NCBI GenBank assembly: GCA_938002085.1
Contig: CALLAT010000035.1
Location: forward strand, 58,949 to 122,948
DNA from: an uncultured Pseudanabaenaceae cyanobacterium
GTDB lineage: Bacteria; Cyanobacteriota; Cyanobacteriia; PCC-9006; JAAUQQ01
Reading direction: 5' to 3'
Length of the DNA stretch: 64,000 nt
The position numbers were made by a program, and so were the translations under genes. Below the pieces are notes generated by a model. That model was not told the origin of the DNA, ran no database searches, and saw only the letters and a list, made by a program, of their open reading frames with translations. Shown in pieces: positions 38,588-49,300 of the stretch (the stretch's first letter is position 1; every line of letters begins with the position of its first letter).

Positions 38588-39154
38588 ATGATGATGCCCC
38601 GCCTGCGCCGGCTGTGCGCTGCGATTTCACAGAAAGCCTTTCTTGCGATCGCCCTTAGTGCAGTTCTACTCGTCTCTACGGGATGCTCCACCTTGGCGCC
38701 GCCAGAGTCTCCCTCTGCTCAATTTGAACAAACCCAGGCAGAAACCTCAGGACGTAAGGCCCCTGATGCGGTGGCCAAGGAAGCCGTCAAAGGCAGTAGC
38801 CTCAATGATTTCTTCCCTCGCTCTGTCGCAGGCTATGGCGGCTATGACGTCGTCGCAGCTCAGGAAAAGACCGGCTTCGCCCAGTTCAAGGTGAATGAAG
38901 GCGGCGAGAATGTAGCCATGCTGTCGATCAATGACACGAGCAGCAATCCCAATGCGGCTACGAAGTACGAGTCCAGTACTCGCGATATTCAGGGTTTTCC
39001 AGCTTTAGATATTGGCAAGAACGGCACGGGCTTACTGGTGAACGATCGCTTCCAGGTCAAGGTCCAATCCCGCAGCGATCGCTTCAGCGCCGAAGATCGT
39101 GAAGCCTGGCTACAAAAGTTTGATTTCAAGGGACTAGCCAAGCTCGACAACTAA
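38588..39154 (+). CDS. Probable lipoprotein, unknown function
   Basis: Signal sequence ending LLVSTGC (loose lipobox). Confidence 0.6.
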   Translation: MMMPRLRRLCAAISQKAFLAIALSAVLLVSTGCSTLAPPESPSAQFEQTQAETSGRKAPDAVAKEAVKGSSLNDFFPRSVAGYGGYDVVAAQEKTGFAQFKVNEGGENVAMLSINDTSSNPNAATKYESSTRDIQGFPALDIGKNGTGLLVNDRFQVKVQSRSDRFSAEDREAWLQKFDFKGLAKLDN

Positions 39155-39261
39155 CCCAAGCCAGCTCGACCTTTTACGACGAAGCGCGTTGCAACGGCTC
39201 CTAAGTTGTGGCTTGCGATGTCGACCCCCGAAGACCCCAAGATCTCTTGAAGGAGTTTCCC

Positions 39262-40152
39262 TTGAGTAAGAAACCTGTTTATACCCTGGTTGATGAGCTG
39301 CCCAATCACGGCCTCACGATTATTTCTCTCAAAGCACTGGACTTTGCAGTGCCCGGTGCTTGGAATAATTTGACTGGCTTCGTCAACACCATTAAGGAAG
39401 TCACGGGTGAAACCGATGAAGCCTTGATCAAAGAGATTGGCGATCGCGCCATCACCCTCTATAACGACAAATCTGAGGGCTACCAAAAAGCCCTATGGCT
39501 CTACCAAACGGTGGATAGCGCCTCCAGTGCCCTGGGCACTGGCATGATTGCCAACAAGTTCACAGAGAATAAATCCTTTCTGGGCTTGATCAATAAGCTG
39601 ACGCCCAAGCCCGAAAAGGCCCAGAGCTTCGACCTCACAGTCAAGCTGGTGGTGGAGCTAGTGGCCTTTTGCCAAATCAACGGCATTCCTGGTGACAGCA
39701 TTGGTGATTTCTTAGGTGCCGTGAAGGACTACGGCGGTGAATCTCTCATGCGCATGGCAGCGCTAGTCTGCTACGACGGCTTAGTCCCCCTGGGGCCTAG
39801 CTTTGCAGAAAAGGGCTTGGCCACCCTGAAAGACTCTAAGCCTTCAGACTTAGACCACAACAAAACGTTCAAAGGCGTGAAAGAGCTGATTCCTGGCGAT
39901 CGCGATAAGGGCAAGCTGGCCTTTATTACCGAAAGTTTTGAGTCTGTACAGGACTGGATGCTGGGCTTTGTGGGCGATCGCGGTCTCACCCAGGACAAGG
40001 TCGTCACCAGCTTGAGCAAGGCAGTGGATCTCTCCCAGGACAAGTTGGAATACCTAGGTGCGTTCTTGGACGTTGGCACCAACTACTACGAGCACACAGG
40101 GGTCCAAACTCTGACGCGCCGTTTGGTTGAGCGCGCAGCTGCGGAGGTTTAG
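39262..40152 (+). CDS. Hypothetical protein
   Basis: Track ORF 39208..40152. I prefer TTG 39262, which has GAAGGAG 6 nt upstream. Helical, soluble-looking, no family recognised. Confidence 0.55.
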   Translation: MSKKPVYTLVDELPNHGLTIISLKALDFAVPGAWNNLTGFVNTIKEVTGETDEALIKEIGDRAITLYNDKSEGYQKALWLYQTVDSASSALGTGMIANKFTENKSFLGLINKLTPKPEKAQSFDLTVKLVVELVAFCQINGIPGDSIGDFLGAVKDYGGESLMRMAALVCYDGLVPLGPSFAEKGLATLKDSKPSDLDHNKTFKGVKELIPGDRDKGKLAFITESFESVQDWMLGFVGDRGLTQDKVVTSLSKAVDLSQDKLEYLGAFLDVGTNYYEHTGVQTLTRRLVERAAAEV

Positions 40153-40214
40153 ACAATCGCCCACTGGGTCTAGATTGCTAGCTCCAGTCGAAAAGGAGAG
40201 AAGAATCCGATGAG

Positions 40215-40252
40215 ACGGTAGGAACATGGATGACATTCCATATCCCTACCGT
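40215..40252. repeat. Imperfect hairpin related to the ACGGTAGG-GACATGG palindrome family
   Basis: ACGGTAGGAACATGGA / TCCATATCCCTACCGT pair at 14 of 16 positions. It shares ACGGTAGG[G/A]ACATGG with 31112..31126. Confidence 0.5.
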
Positions 40253-40311
40253 CATTGAAGTCTCTGGATATGATTTGGGACTTGTTAGATCACTTCCAAA
40301 CAAGTAGAGCA

Positions 40312-40563
40312 ATGCGAAATATTGGGCCAGTGTCACAACAGTGGCTGGCAGAAATTGAGATTTATACACAAGATGATTTGCAACGAGTTGGGGCTGTAGC
40401 TACTTATCGCCATGTGAAGGATGGGCACCCCAAGAGCGTCAATAAGAATTTGCTGTGGGCGCTATTGGGCGCAGAACGAGATGAAGACTGGCGCGCATTG
40501 CCTCAAGATGTGAAATCAGCAGCACTGGCTGAGCTAGGAGGTTGCAGCCAAAACCGGCAATGA
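40312..40563 (+). CDS. TfoX/Sxy C-terminal-domain protein
   Basis: MRNIGPVSQQWLAEIEIYTQDDLQRVGAVATYRHVK is an HhH-like TfoX_C pattern. Start chosen at ATG 40312. Confidence 0.65.
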   Translation: MRNIGPVSQQWLAEIEIYTQDDLQRVGAVATYRHVKDGHPKSVNKNLLWALLGAERDEDWRALPQDVKSAALAELGGCSQNRQ

Positions 40564-40783
40564 CATGGCACAGTCTGTGGCTAATTTGGGAGCTGCCAAA
40601 TCAACTACATCCGGGGAAATGCTCCATAGATGATGTGGGAGGTATGCCCTGAGCTTGGGTACTATTTGTCTTAAGAAAAGTATTTTCTGACGGGGCTATT
40701 CTGCCTCAATTTCCCCTTTGCCAAGCCAGCCATTGCGTCAATTCTATGCCCGCTAGATGCCTTACTTTTCCAAGGAATCTACG

Positions 40784-41245
40784 ATGTCTTTTGGTCGCAT
40801 CTCTACCCCACTACTTCCGATTCTGGCTCTACCTTTAGTGCTCATGGTTGGAGCACCTGCCAGTGCAGGACCTTCTAATCGCCATTATGCTGGTGCAGGT
40901 GTGCGCTTGAGCCATGGCACCGGCTTAGCGATTCACGCGAAGTTTCAGGTCAAAGAACTCGGCGATCGCTGGAGCCTCTCTCTGCGGCCCACATTAATTC
41001 TGGATAACGCCACCGAGATGCGAGCAGCATTCACGGCAGAAGCTGCGATAGGTCGCATGTCGCCTTACTTTGGCGGTGGTCTAGCCTACAACACCGATGG
41101 AACCGAAAAAGTCGACCCTATGCTGAGCGGTGGCGTAGATGTGAGTCTACATCACAATTTTGTGGTGGGAATCGGAGGTAATTACATTTTCCAGGATGAC
41201 GAATCTGAGGCTGAGGTGCTGATCACCGGCAACTATGCCTTCTAA
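40784..41245 (+). CDS. Small outer-membrane beta-barrel protein (paralog 1)
   Basis: Signal peptide ...MVGAPASA, alternating beta pattern, C-terminal aromatic ...ITGNYAF. Confidence 0.7.
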   Translation: MSFGRISTPLLPILALPLVLMVGAPASAGPSNRHYAGAGVRLSHGTGLAIHAKFQVKELGDRWSLSLRPTLILDNATEMRAAFTAEAAIGRMSPYFGGGLAYNTDGTEKVDPMLSGGVDVSLHHNFVVGIGGNYIFQDDESEAEVLITGNYAF

Positions 41246-41488
41246 AGGATATTGAGACAATGCCTTTGCTGACAGTAGACGTTGCAAATACTCAGCCAGG
41301 TCAAGGCAATGCTCTAGCCTGACTCTGGAAAATGACATTGTCATCTGGTAGCTTTGCTGGCTGTGCCAACATTCTCTTAGGCAAATGCCCTCAGGGTCAT
41401 GGCCTTGCCCCATCATGCTGAGGCATCCCCTTGCCAAGATGAAACACTGTTATATGCTTAGCGGGATCTCTAATTTAGGCGAAAAACG

Positions 41489-41965
41489 ATGGGACCTTGC
41501 TCACAGCTCCGCGACCTTGCCCTTTTAGCAGCACCACTGATGGTGGGTGCAATGGCTCCTGCCGCCATAGCAGGCCCCTTAGAAGGCTTTAGCGTAGGGT
41601 CAGGTTTCCGCGCTGGATTCAACGATGACACCAGCTTTGCGATTGGAGCAAAGCTACCCATCACTCAGTTCAAAATTCAAGGTAATGGCCTTGGCCTCTC
41701 TGTCCGCCCAGACTTGATTTTCGGCAGCGAATTAGAAGTACGTGCGGCAGCCACAGTGGATGCCAGTGCTTCAAAACTGTCTCCCTATGGCGGTGGCGGT
41801 TTAGCCTACAACACCGACAATACAGGGGATATCTCACCGATGCTGAGCGCAGGGTTAGAGTATGACTTACAGCGCAATGCGGCCATTCGTTTTGGTGGAA
41901 ATTATATTTTCCAGGATGGCGATACGGATGCAGAGTTCTTGATCATGGGAATGTTTAATTTTTAG
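41489..41965 (+). CDS. Small outer-membrane beta-barrel protein (paralog 2)
   Basis: Shares SPY(F/G)GGGLAYNTD...PMLS(G/A)G...GGNYIFQD(D/G)...(E/D)AE(V/F)LI with paralog 1. Ends ...GMFNF. Confidence 0.7.
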   Translation: MGPCSQLRDLALLAAPLMVGAMAPAAIAGPLEGFSVGSGFRAGFNDDTSFAIGAKLPITQFKIQGNGLGLSVRPDLIFGSELEVRAAATVDASASKLSPYGGGGLAYNTDNTGDISPMLSAGLEYDLQRNAAIRFGGNYIFQDGDTDAEFLIMGMFNF

Positions 41966-41973
41966 GCCAGGGT

Positions 41974-42012
41974 GAACTGTGACTTGCTACATTCCTCAGC
42001 AAGTCACAGTTC
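41974..42012. terminator. Bidirectional hairpin between convergent genes
   Basis: 15-bp stem GAACTGTGACTTGCT / AGCAAGTCACAGTTC with a 9-nt loop. Confidence 0.7.
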
Positions 42013-42033
42013 GCATTCCTGTCTGATCCAGCA

Positions 42034-42546
42034 TTAGACTTGGATCAAGCTGGCAAACTCTGGAATTAAGTTCTGCAAGTGCTTCTTAACGATCGCAATG
42101 TCTCCCTGTAGCGGACCAGATTCATCTTTACAGTTGTAGCTGTAAGCATCAAAGATGGGGTCGCCTGCTTGGTGGGTGGAAATGCGATCGCCCGTGCCTC
42201 CCGTGCAGCCAAGCTCCTTAGATTTTCGACCTTTACGGATTTGGGCCTCATCGAGCAAAGCAAGCAGAATTTGCAGTTGCTCGGGGCTACTGGGTCGTTT
42301 TTTCTGAGCAATAATGTCGCCATAGCTATCGACGGTAAGGCTGACCGTTTGGGCCGTCACAACAATGCTGTAGCTGCGATGATAACGCGGCGGCACAGAA
42401 GAATCGGTAAAGCGGTAAGTGACTTGGTCTGCCTCACTATCGGCAAAGCGGAGCGGTGGATCAAAACCCATGGCATTCGTGAAGGGTTGGCAAGCGGTAA
42501 GCAGCATAGCCCCGATCAACAAGTGAAGAAATTGAGTTCGCTTCAT
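42034..42546 (-). CDS. Probable lipoprotein, unknown function
   Basis: MKRTQFLHLLIGAMLLTAC carries a good lipobox (LLTAC). Confidence 0.6.
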   Translation of the reverse strand: MKRTQFLHLLIGAMLLTACQPFTNAMGFDPPLRFADSEADQVTYRFTDSSVPPRYHRSYSIVVTAQTVSLTVDSYGDIIAQKKRPSSPEQLQILLALLDEAQIRKGRKSKELGCTGGTGDRISTHQAGDPIFDAYSYNCKDESGPLQGDIAIVKKHLQNLIPEFASLIQV

Positions 42547-42626
42547 ACTGTTGTTCTACAGCGGCCTGAATGACATTTCGCCAAGATTAACCAATCCAAC
42601 GGTTTGCCATGGAGTAGAAAGGCTAA

Positions 42627-43976
42627 TTACAAGGTTTCAAATTTAACTTTGAGCCCATCGCGGGGCTTGGGTGTAGGCACAACAACCATGCTCAAGTCCT
42701 GGTCCGGCAGAAGCTCCCAACGGTAGCTCTGGAGCAAGCGCGCTGCAAACAGCTTCATTTCCAAGCGGGCAAATTCCTTACCGAGACATTCCCGCAATCC
42801 ACCACCAAAGGGAATATGGCTGAAGGGGGCTCGCCGTTCGGCAGTCTCATCAAAACGGCTGGGGTCAAAGAGATCCGGTTCGGGGAAAACCTCGCCATTA
42901 CTGTGGGTTGCAGCGATTTGATAGAGACTGGACCACCCCTTAGGGATGCGATAGCCACCATATTCAATATCCTGCAAAACTTCGCGAAAGCCACCGCCCA
43001 CGGGCGGAGAGAAACGCATCACTTCTTTAATGACACAGTCCAGATAGGGCATTTTTTTGAAGCTCTCAAGGGTGAGAGGCTGCCCAATAAAGGGCTGTTG
43101 CTCCGCCCGAGCTTTCTCCAAGACCTCTGGATGTTGGGCCACTAACAGACAGAAACTGGCGATGGCAGAGGTTAAGGTCTCATGGCCTGCAAAGAGCAGC
43201 AGTAACACTTGGTCCTTCAACTCTTCGATGCTCAATCCTTCACCCGTCTCTTCATCACGAGCCGCCAGCATGATGTCTAGGGCATCTCTCGCCTCAGCCG
43301 GGTGCGCATCCTCAGCCTGACGTTGCACAATCAACCGCTCCAGCTCATGCAAAAGCCCCTGGCGATTGCGAAAGGCCTTGCCAAAGGCGGTCCAAGGCAA
43401 ATTAATCGGCAGGCTAAAGAGGCCAGCATTCCAACTTACAAAGAGTTCGCCCAACTTTGTTTTAGAACCATTATCTAAACCAATCAGTAGCTTACAAGCC
43501 ACATCCAGCGTGTAGTCGCGAAGCTGGGGATACCAGGTAAGTTGCCCCTTAGTTTGGCTTTGGGCGAGCCAGGCCTTGAAATAGCGATCGCCAATCTCCT
43601 CCATCGCTGGAATATAGCCAGACAGGGCTCGGGGCTGGAAAGCCTGGACGAGAAGCTGGCGTCGCGCCATATGAACATGCCCAGTCTGCAATGCCAGGGA
43701 CAGCGGCCCCAGTAGGGTTTTCACACTGGGAGGCCAGCTCACCCGGAAGTATTCATTCTCATGGCTCAGGATGAAGCGGTTTCCCTCGGGGCCTTTGAAA
43801 AAAACAGTGGGGGTTCCAAAAATACTGGTTTTAAAGACAGGCCCATATTGGGCATGGCGTTTGCTAACGAAGCTGCGATCGGTAAAAAAGGCTAGGGTTT
43901 CACCAATGAGAGGCAGGCCTAATGTACCAGGGGGCTGTGGCAGTGCAGCATCTGTAACCGTATTGGGAGCGGTCAT
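42627..43976 (-). CDS. Cytochrome P450 (CYP120-like)
   Basis: I-helix AGHETLTS, ExxR (KEVMRF), and heme loop FGGGLRECLGKEFA. Confidence 0.95.
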   Translation of the reverse strand: MTAPNTVTDAALPQPPGTLGLPLIGETLAFFTDRSFVSKRHAQYGPVFKTSIFGTPTVFFKGPEGNRFILSHENEYFRVSWPPSVKTLLGPLSLALQTGHVHMARRQLLVQAFQPRALSGYIPAMEEIGDRYFKAWLAQSQTKGQLTWYPQLRDYTLDVACKLLIGLDNGSKTKLGELFVSWNAGLFSLPINLPWTAFGKAFRNRQGLLHELERLIVQRQAEDAHPAEARDALDIMLAARDEETGEGLSIEELKDQVLLLLFAGHETLTSAIASFCLLVAQHPEVLEKARAEQQPFIGQPLTLESFKKMPYLDCVIKEVMRFSPPVGGGFREVLQDIEYGGYRIPKGWSSLYQIAATHSNGEVFPEPDLFDPSRFDETAERRAPFSHIPFGGGLRECLGKEFARLEMKLFAARLLQSYRWELLPDQDLSMVVVPTPKPRDGLKVKFETL

Positions 43977-44062
43977 GGAAAGAAATCTGGCGAGGTGAGT
44001 ATGATTAGCTTATCGGCTTTGGATGTCGCTTAAAGCAAAGACAGACTGAGCCAGCGCTCTGA

Positions 44063-46306
44063 TTAATCAGTCGCAATATTTTCAGTGAAACCATCACTCA
44101 AGTATTGAGTAGCATGCTCATAGCTCAAAGGGCGAGAGAAGAAATATCCTTGCACCATCTCGCAGGAGAGCGATCGCAAATACCCGACCTGCTCTTGAGT
44201 TTCAACCCCTTCTGCCACCACATCCATATTGAGGGTTCGTGCTAAGGAAGTAATGGTACGAACAATCTCAAAACTGCTATCTCCTGGAGCCATCAAATTA
44301 ATAAAGGAACGGTCAATCTTCAATGTATTAATGGGGAAACGATGGAGATAGCTCAAGGAGGAATAGCCTGTACCAAAATCATCCAGGCTCAGCCGAAAGC
44401 CCAGTGCCTGCAGTTGTTGAAACAACGATAGAGTCAATTCACTATTTTCCATCAAGAGACTCTCAGTAATCTCCAGTTTGATGTGCCTGGGCAGAAGTCT
44501 AGCCCGTTCCACCGATGTCGTCAGTCGCTCAATAAATCCTCTGCTTTGGATTTGGCGCTCTGACAAATTGACGCTGATGCTGAGATTCTCCACATCGGGG
44601 AATTTTGCAATCCACAGGCTCATCTGGCGACAGGCTTCCTCCATAATGTAGTCCCCTAGCGGAATGATCAGCCCAGTCTCTTCAGCCAGGGGAATAAAAT
44701 CGCCGGGTGACACAAAGCCACGCTCAGGATGTTGCCAGCGCACTAACGCTTCAAACCCTTTCAAGCTCTTGGATTGTAAGTCTAAGATAGGTTGATAGTA
44801 GAGGCAAAATTCACGGTTCTCAATGGCAGCCCGCAATTGACTTTCCAAGTTAATCTTGGCCATGGCTTGCTCATACATCTCTTCGCTAAAGAGCTGGTGA
44901 CAGGCCTTTCCAAGACTCTTAGCCTGATACATGGCTAAATCTGCATCCCGCAGCAGCTCATCCGCAACCTTGTATTTAGGCTCGTCTTGAACAATCCCAA
45001 TGCTGGCAGAGACTGTAACTGATTTCTCAGCCAAGGCAATGGGGTTAGTGAGTTCGTTTTGGATGCGATCGCTCACCGTAATAATTTCCTCAATCTCACA
45101 AACGTTGTGCAGCAAGATCGTAAATTCATCCCCCCCTAAGCGTGCGATCAAATCCGTTGGGCGGACAGAGCGCTTGAGGATCTTGCTCACTTGAATTAAG
45201 AGTTGGTCCCCACACTGATGTCCCAAACTGTCATTAATCACCTTGAAACGATCTAAGTCGATAAAGAGGACAGCAAATTGATCTTGCTTGCGCTGCCTTG
45301 GCTGTGTCAGCAACTTATTGAGACGAGAAATGAAATAGGCGCGATTCGCCAGGTGAGTCAAGCTATCATGCTCCGCAGCATATTTAAGTTCAGATTCAGC
45401 CTGTTTACGCCCCGTCACATCATGGATAATGCCATCCACTCGCAGGCGTTTCTCTAAGCCGTGGCTCCGAATTTGTGCCTGGCATTGGAGCCAGCGAATC
45501 TCTCCGTCAGGGCGAATAATACGATATTCACAGTCGAGAAATTCAGGGGGCCGATGGGCTTCCAACAACGTGGCCATCTGGGCTCGATCCTCGGGGTGAA
45601 TCATATCCAGCCACTGTTGAGAGTCCTCTAGGAAGCAACTGGCAGGAACACCATAGAGGAATTCCATCACCGGGTTGAAATAGAGAAATTTTAAGGGATG
45701 TAGCTGGGCGGACCAAACTACATCTTTAAGGGAATTCAGGATACTGTTCAGTCGAGCTTCACTGGCCGCAAGCTGCTGAGTGGCATGGCGGAGGTTCATC
45801 TGGGCACGGACTCGTGCCAGGACTTCCCGCTCTTGGAAAGGCTTCGTGATGTAATCCACCGCTCCCAATTCCAATCCCTGAACCTTGCTATCCACATCGT
45901 CCAGAGCGGTCATGAAGATAATGGGAATATCTTTCAGCATTTCCCGAGCCTTAAGGCGACGGCAGGTCTCAAACCCATCAATGCCAGGCATCATAATGTC
46001 CAACAGAATTAGATCTGGAGGAGCTAGCTGAACCTGCTTCAAAGCGCGCTCGCCACTGGTGGCGATCGCCGTTTCAAATCCCGCATCAATCAAGGCCTGG
46101 GAAATCACATCCAGATTTGCCGGCGTGTCATCCACAATCAGGACCAACCCTGGCTCTCCCGTTAAAGCCGCAGGCATCACATTCGCGGTGGGGGCAGCCG
46201 CAGCCATGGCCGAGCTAACTTGTAGCCCCGGCGTCGGAGTCTCCAGCGATCGCTCGGATGGAATGGGATCGAAGAGAGGAAGCTCACGGGAAGAAGAAGC
46301 AGTCAT
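44063..46306 (-). CDS. Response regulator with receiver-PAS-GGDEF-EAL architecture (c-di-GMP turnover)
   Basis: Receiver (LIVDDTP...LLDIMMPGIDG...K) and a PAS domain. RPTD-5 aa-GGDEF means both I-site and active site are present. EAL, DDFGTGYSS, KIDRSF and EGVE are all intact. Confidence 0.95.
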   Translation of the reverse strand: MTASSSRELPLFDPIPSERSLETPTPGLQVSSAMAAAAPTANVMPAALTGEPGLVLIVDDTPANLDVISQALIDAGFETAIATSGERALKQVQLAPPDLILLDIMMPGIDGFETCRRLKAREMLKDIPIIFMTALDDVDSKVQGLELGAVDYITKPFQEREVLARVRAQMNLRHATQQLAASEARLNSILNSLKDVVWSAQLHPLKFLYFNPVMEFLYGVPASCFLEDSQQWLDMIHPEDRAQMATLLEAHRPPEFLDCEYRIIRPDGEIRWLQCQAQIRSHGLEKRLRVDGIIHDVTGRKQAESELKYAAEHDSLTHLANRAYFISRLNKLLTQPRQRKQDQFAVLFIDLDRFKVINDSLGHQCGDQLLIQVSKILKRSVRPTDLIARLGGDEFTILLHNVCEIEEIITVSDRIQNELTNPIALAEKSVTVSASIGIVQDEPKYKVADELLRDADLAMYQAKSLGKACHQLFSEEMYEQAMAKINLESQLRAAIENREFCLYYQPILDLQSKSLKGFEALVRWQHPERGFVSPGDFIPLAEETGLIIPLGDYIMEEACRQMSLWIAKFPDVENLSISVNLSERQIQSRGFIERLTTSVERARLLPRHIKLEITESLLMENSELTLSLFQQLQALGFRLSLDDFGTGYSSLSYLHRFPINTLKIDRSFINLMAPGDSSFEIVRTITSLARTLNMDVVAEGVETQEQVGYLRSLSCEMVQGYFFSRPLSYEHATQYLSDGFTENIATD

Positions 46307-46376
46307 GGCAAATGGGTGGGAATGGGACGAGGAGAAGAGACCAAATTCAGAAGGACCCAGAGGGGGGTTGGCACAG

Positions 46377-49300
46377 TCAGTTCAAATGTGCGCTGCTAGC
46401 CAAATGTTCCGTGAGCAGGGCTTCGAGACGATCTAGATCAAACTGCTTAGCCAGACTACGAATCTCGTCAAAAAACGAACGATATTGTGGTTCATTCGCC
46501 TCCTGCTGATCTAGGTAGTGATAAATCTTCTGAAGCCGTCCTAAGGAGAGCAACTCAAAGATATGATTCAAGATCTCCGGTGACGGAATGGATAACATCG
46601 ATTTCTGCTCCACAGCCGGGAGTAAGGCTCCATCAGCCTGCTCTAGTTCGAGTTGCCAGCGTAAACTCAGATGTTGACGCAACATACCCAGCAACAAGTC
46701 CAGGTTGACAGGCTTAGGCAAAAAGTCATTGGCCCCCAGCGCTAAACAGCGAGACTGCTCTTCGGGCCCCACAGAGGCAGAGGAGACAATGACCGGTAAT
46801 CGAGCAAAGCGAGTATCTTCTCGCAACCTCTGGAGCAAAGCATGGCCATCTAAGCGGGGCATGATGAGGTCAATAATGGCCAGGTCAGGCGGGTCTCGAT
46901 TAATCTCTTCCAAAGCCGCTATGCCATCGCAAGCTGTTGTGATGGTGAAGCCTAACGGTTCCAAGCAAGCTTGGAGTAATTCACAGTTTTTGGCATTGTC
47001 ATCGACCACCAAAACATGACGGCGATCGCCCTTGTAAGCCACTACGCGTCCACCATCCTCAGGGGCAGTGGCTTCCCCTTGCACCAAGGGTAGGGAGATG
47101 GCAAAGAAGAATTCACTGCCCTCCCCGAGCTGACTCACCACCTGAATTTCGCCCCCCATCATCTGAACCATCTGCTGGCTAATCGCCAGACCTAACCCAG
47201 TACCCTGGGAATTTTGTCGCTCATCTCCAACCTGCTCAAAAGCTTGAAACAACCGACCCAGATCTTGTTCAGCAATCCCGACCCCCGTATCCCAAATCGA
47301 AAAATCGATGTGGCAGCAAGCCTGTTCCACATCATCAGGATGCTGCCTGAGCCCAGGAACCGTGAGCGAAGTACATTCGGCCCGAAACTCGATGCATCCC
47401 TCCTGGGTGAACTTGACCGCATTACTCAACAAGTTGAGCAAGACTTGCCGCAGACATTTTTCATCTACGATCACCTGCTGGGGTAAAGCCTCATCTAGCT
47501 GGGCCTGAAAAACCACGCCTTTCTGCTCGGCCTGGAGGCGACAAATCTCAATCACGCCCTTCAACAACGGGATTAGCTCAGTTGCTTTCGGTTTTAGCGT
47601 CAGCTTGCCCGCTTCAATTTTAGCCAAGTCCAACACTTCATTAATGAGGGTCAAGAGGTGCTCCCCGGACTCCCGAATCACCATGACGCCATGCTGTTCC
47701 TTCGTCGTCAAAGTCTCCGAACGCTTGAGAATCTGGGCATAGCCCAAGATGCCGTTGAGCGGAGTCCGCAATTCATGGCTCATACTGGCCAGAAATTCAC
47801 TCTTAGCCAGGCTAGCTGCATCCGCAACTTCCTTCGCCTCTCGCAGTTCTCCATTGAGCTCTTGCAAAGAGGCCTCCGCTTGCTTGCGTGGCGTAATGTC
47901 CTGAAAAGTCGCCAAAATTCCCATGACATTGCCATCCATGTTGTGAATGGGGACTTTACTCGTTTCTAGCCAGGCCTGATTACCATCTGCCTGGGATAAA
48001 GACTCTTCGACTCGCAGGGCCGGCGCATTGCGCTCCATCACCTCGATATCGCCCTGGCGGACTTTCTCCGCCACCTCAGCTCCCCAGGGCAGGTCATAGT
48101 CAGTCTTACCCACGATGTCATCCACCTGGGAGAAGCCAGTCGTATAAAGTGCTTCGCGATTACAGCCTAGATAAACCGAGTCTCGGTCCTTCCAAAAAAT
48201 CGCTAGGGGAATCGTATCCATGATCAACTGAAGGAACTGCTGAGACTCCTGCAGTTCTCGGGTGCGACTCACCACACGATTTTCCAGTTCTTCATTCATG
48301 CGCTGCAAGGTTGCTTCAGCTTCCTTGAGTGATGTGATGTCTTGGAATGTCCCTAAAATGCCAATGACCTGGTGGTTAGAGTCATAGAGCGGCGCTTTAT
48401 TGGTTTCGAGCCAGGTTTCATGCCCCGTGACAGTGAGCAGGGTCTCGACGATGCCGAGTTCTGCTTGCCCTGAATTCATAATGCGCTGATCGCAGGCAAC
48501 GAAGAAGTCACTCTCTTCTTTTTTCCAGGGCATTTCATAGTCAGTCTTACCGATGATCTCTGCCGGAGAGGCCAAGCCCGCCACCTCAGCAAACATCCGG
48601 TTACAGCCCAAATATTTGGAATCTCGATCCTTCCAAAATACCTTCTGGGGAATCGTATCCAAGACCAATTGAAGCAACTGCTGGGCGCTGCGAGACTCTT
48701 CCTCAGCTTGCTTACGGGCTGTAATGTTCTGAACCTGGACAAAGTTGTAGGACTTCCCTCGGTACTCCATATAGTTCGTCGAAATTTCGACAGGGAACAT
48801 TTCCCCAGAACAATCACGATGGCGAGATTCAAAAACTTGATTGGGCGATCGCCTCAAAGAGACCCAATGGTTAGGCCAAACGGCTCGCTGAAGATTCTCA
48901 TCAATATCCCAAATATGCATTTGGCTCAGCGTTTCAGCGTCGTAGCCCAAAGTGGCGATCGCCGCCTGGTTAGGAGCACTCAATCGGCCTGCTTCATCGA
49001 TCCAAAAAGCGCTGAAGGCGCTGTTATCCACTGCAAACTGGGTCAGCTCTAGAGCATGTTCTGATGCCTTCCGCTCACTAATATCCCGGCAAATACAAAT
49101 GAGCGTTTTGTCTTCTAGAAGGAAAAGCGTGATTTCCTGATCGAAAGAACTGCCATCCTTACGCAGGCCAACGGACTCCCCTCGCCATTGACGATGCTCC
49201 CGCAACTGTTGTAAGACTTTCTGCTGGAGGCAAGCCAGCTCCTGGGGAGGATACAGCTTCACCCAGTTTTGCCCTACGAGTTCATCCGTCTCATAGCCAA

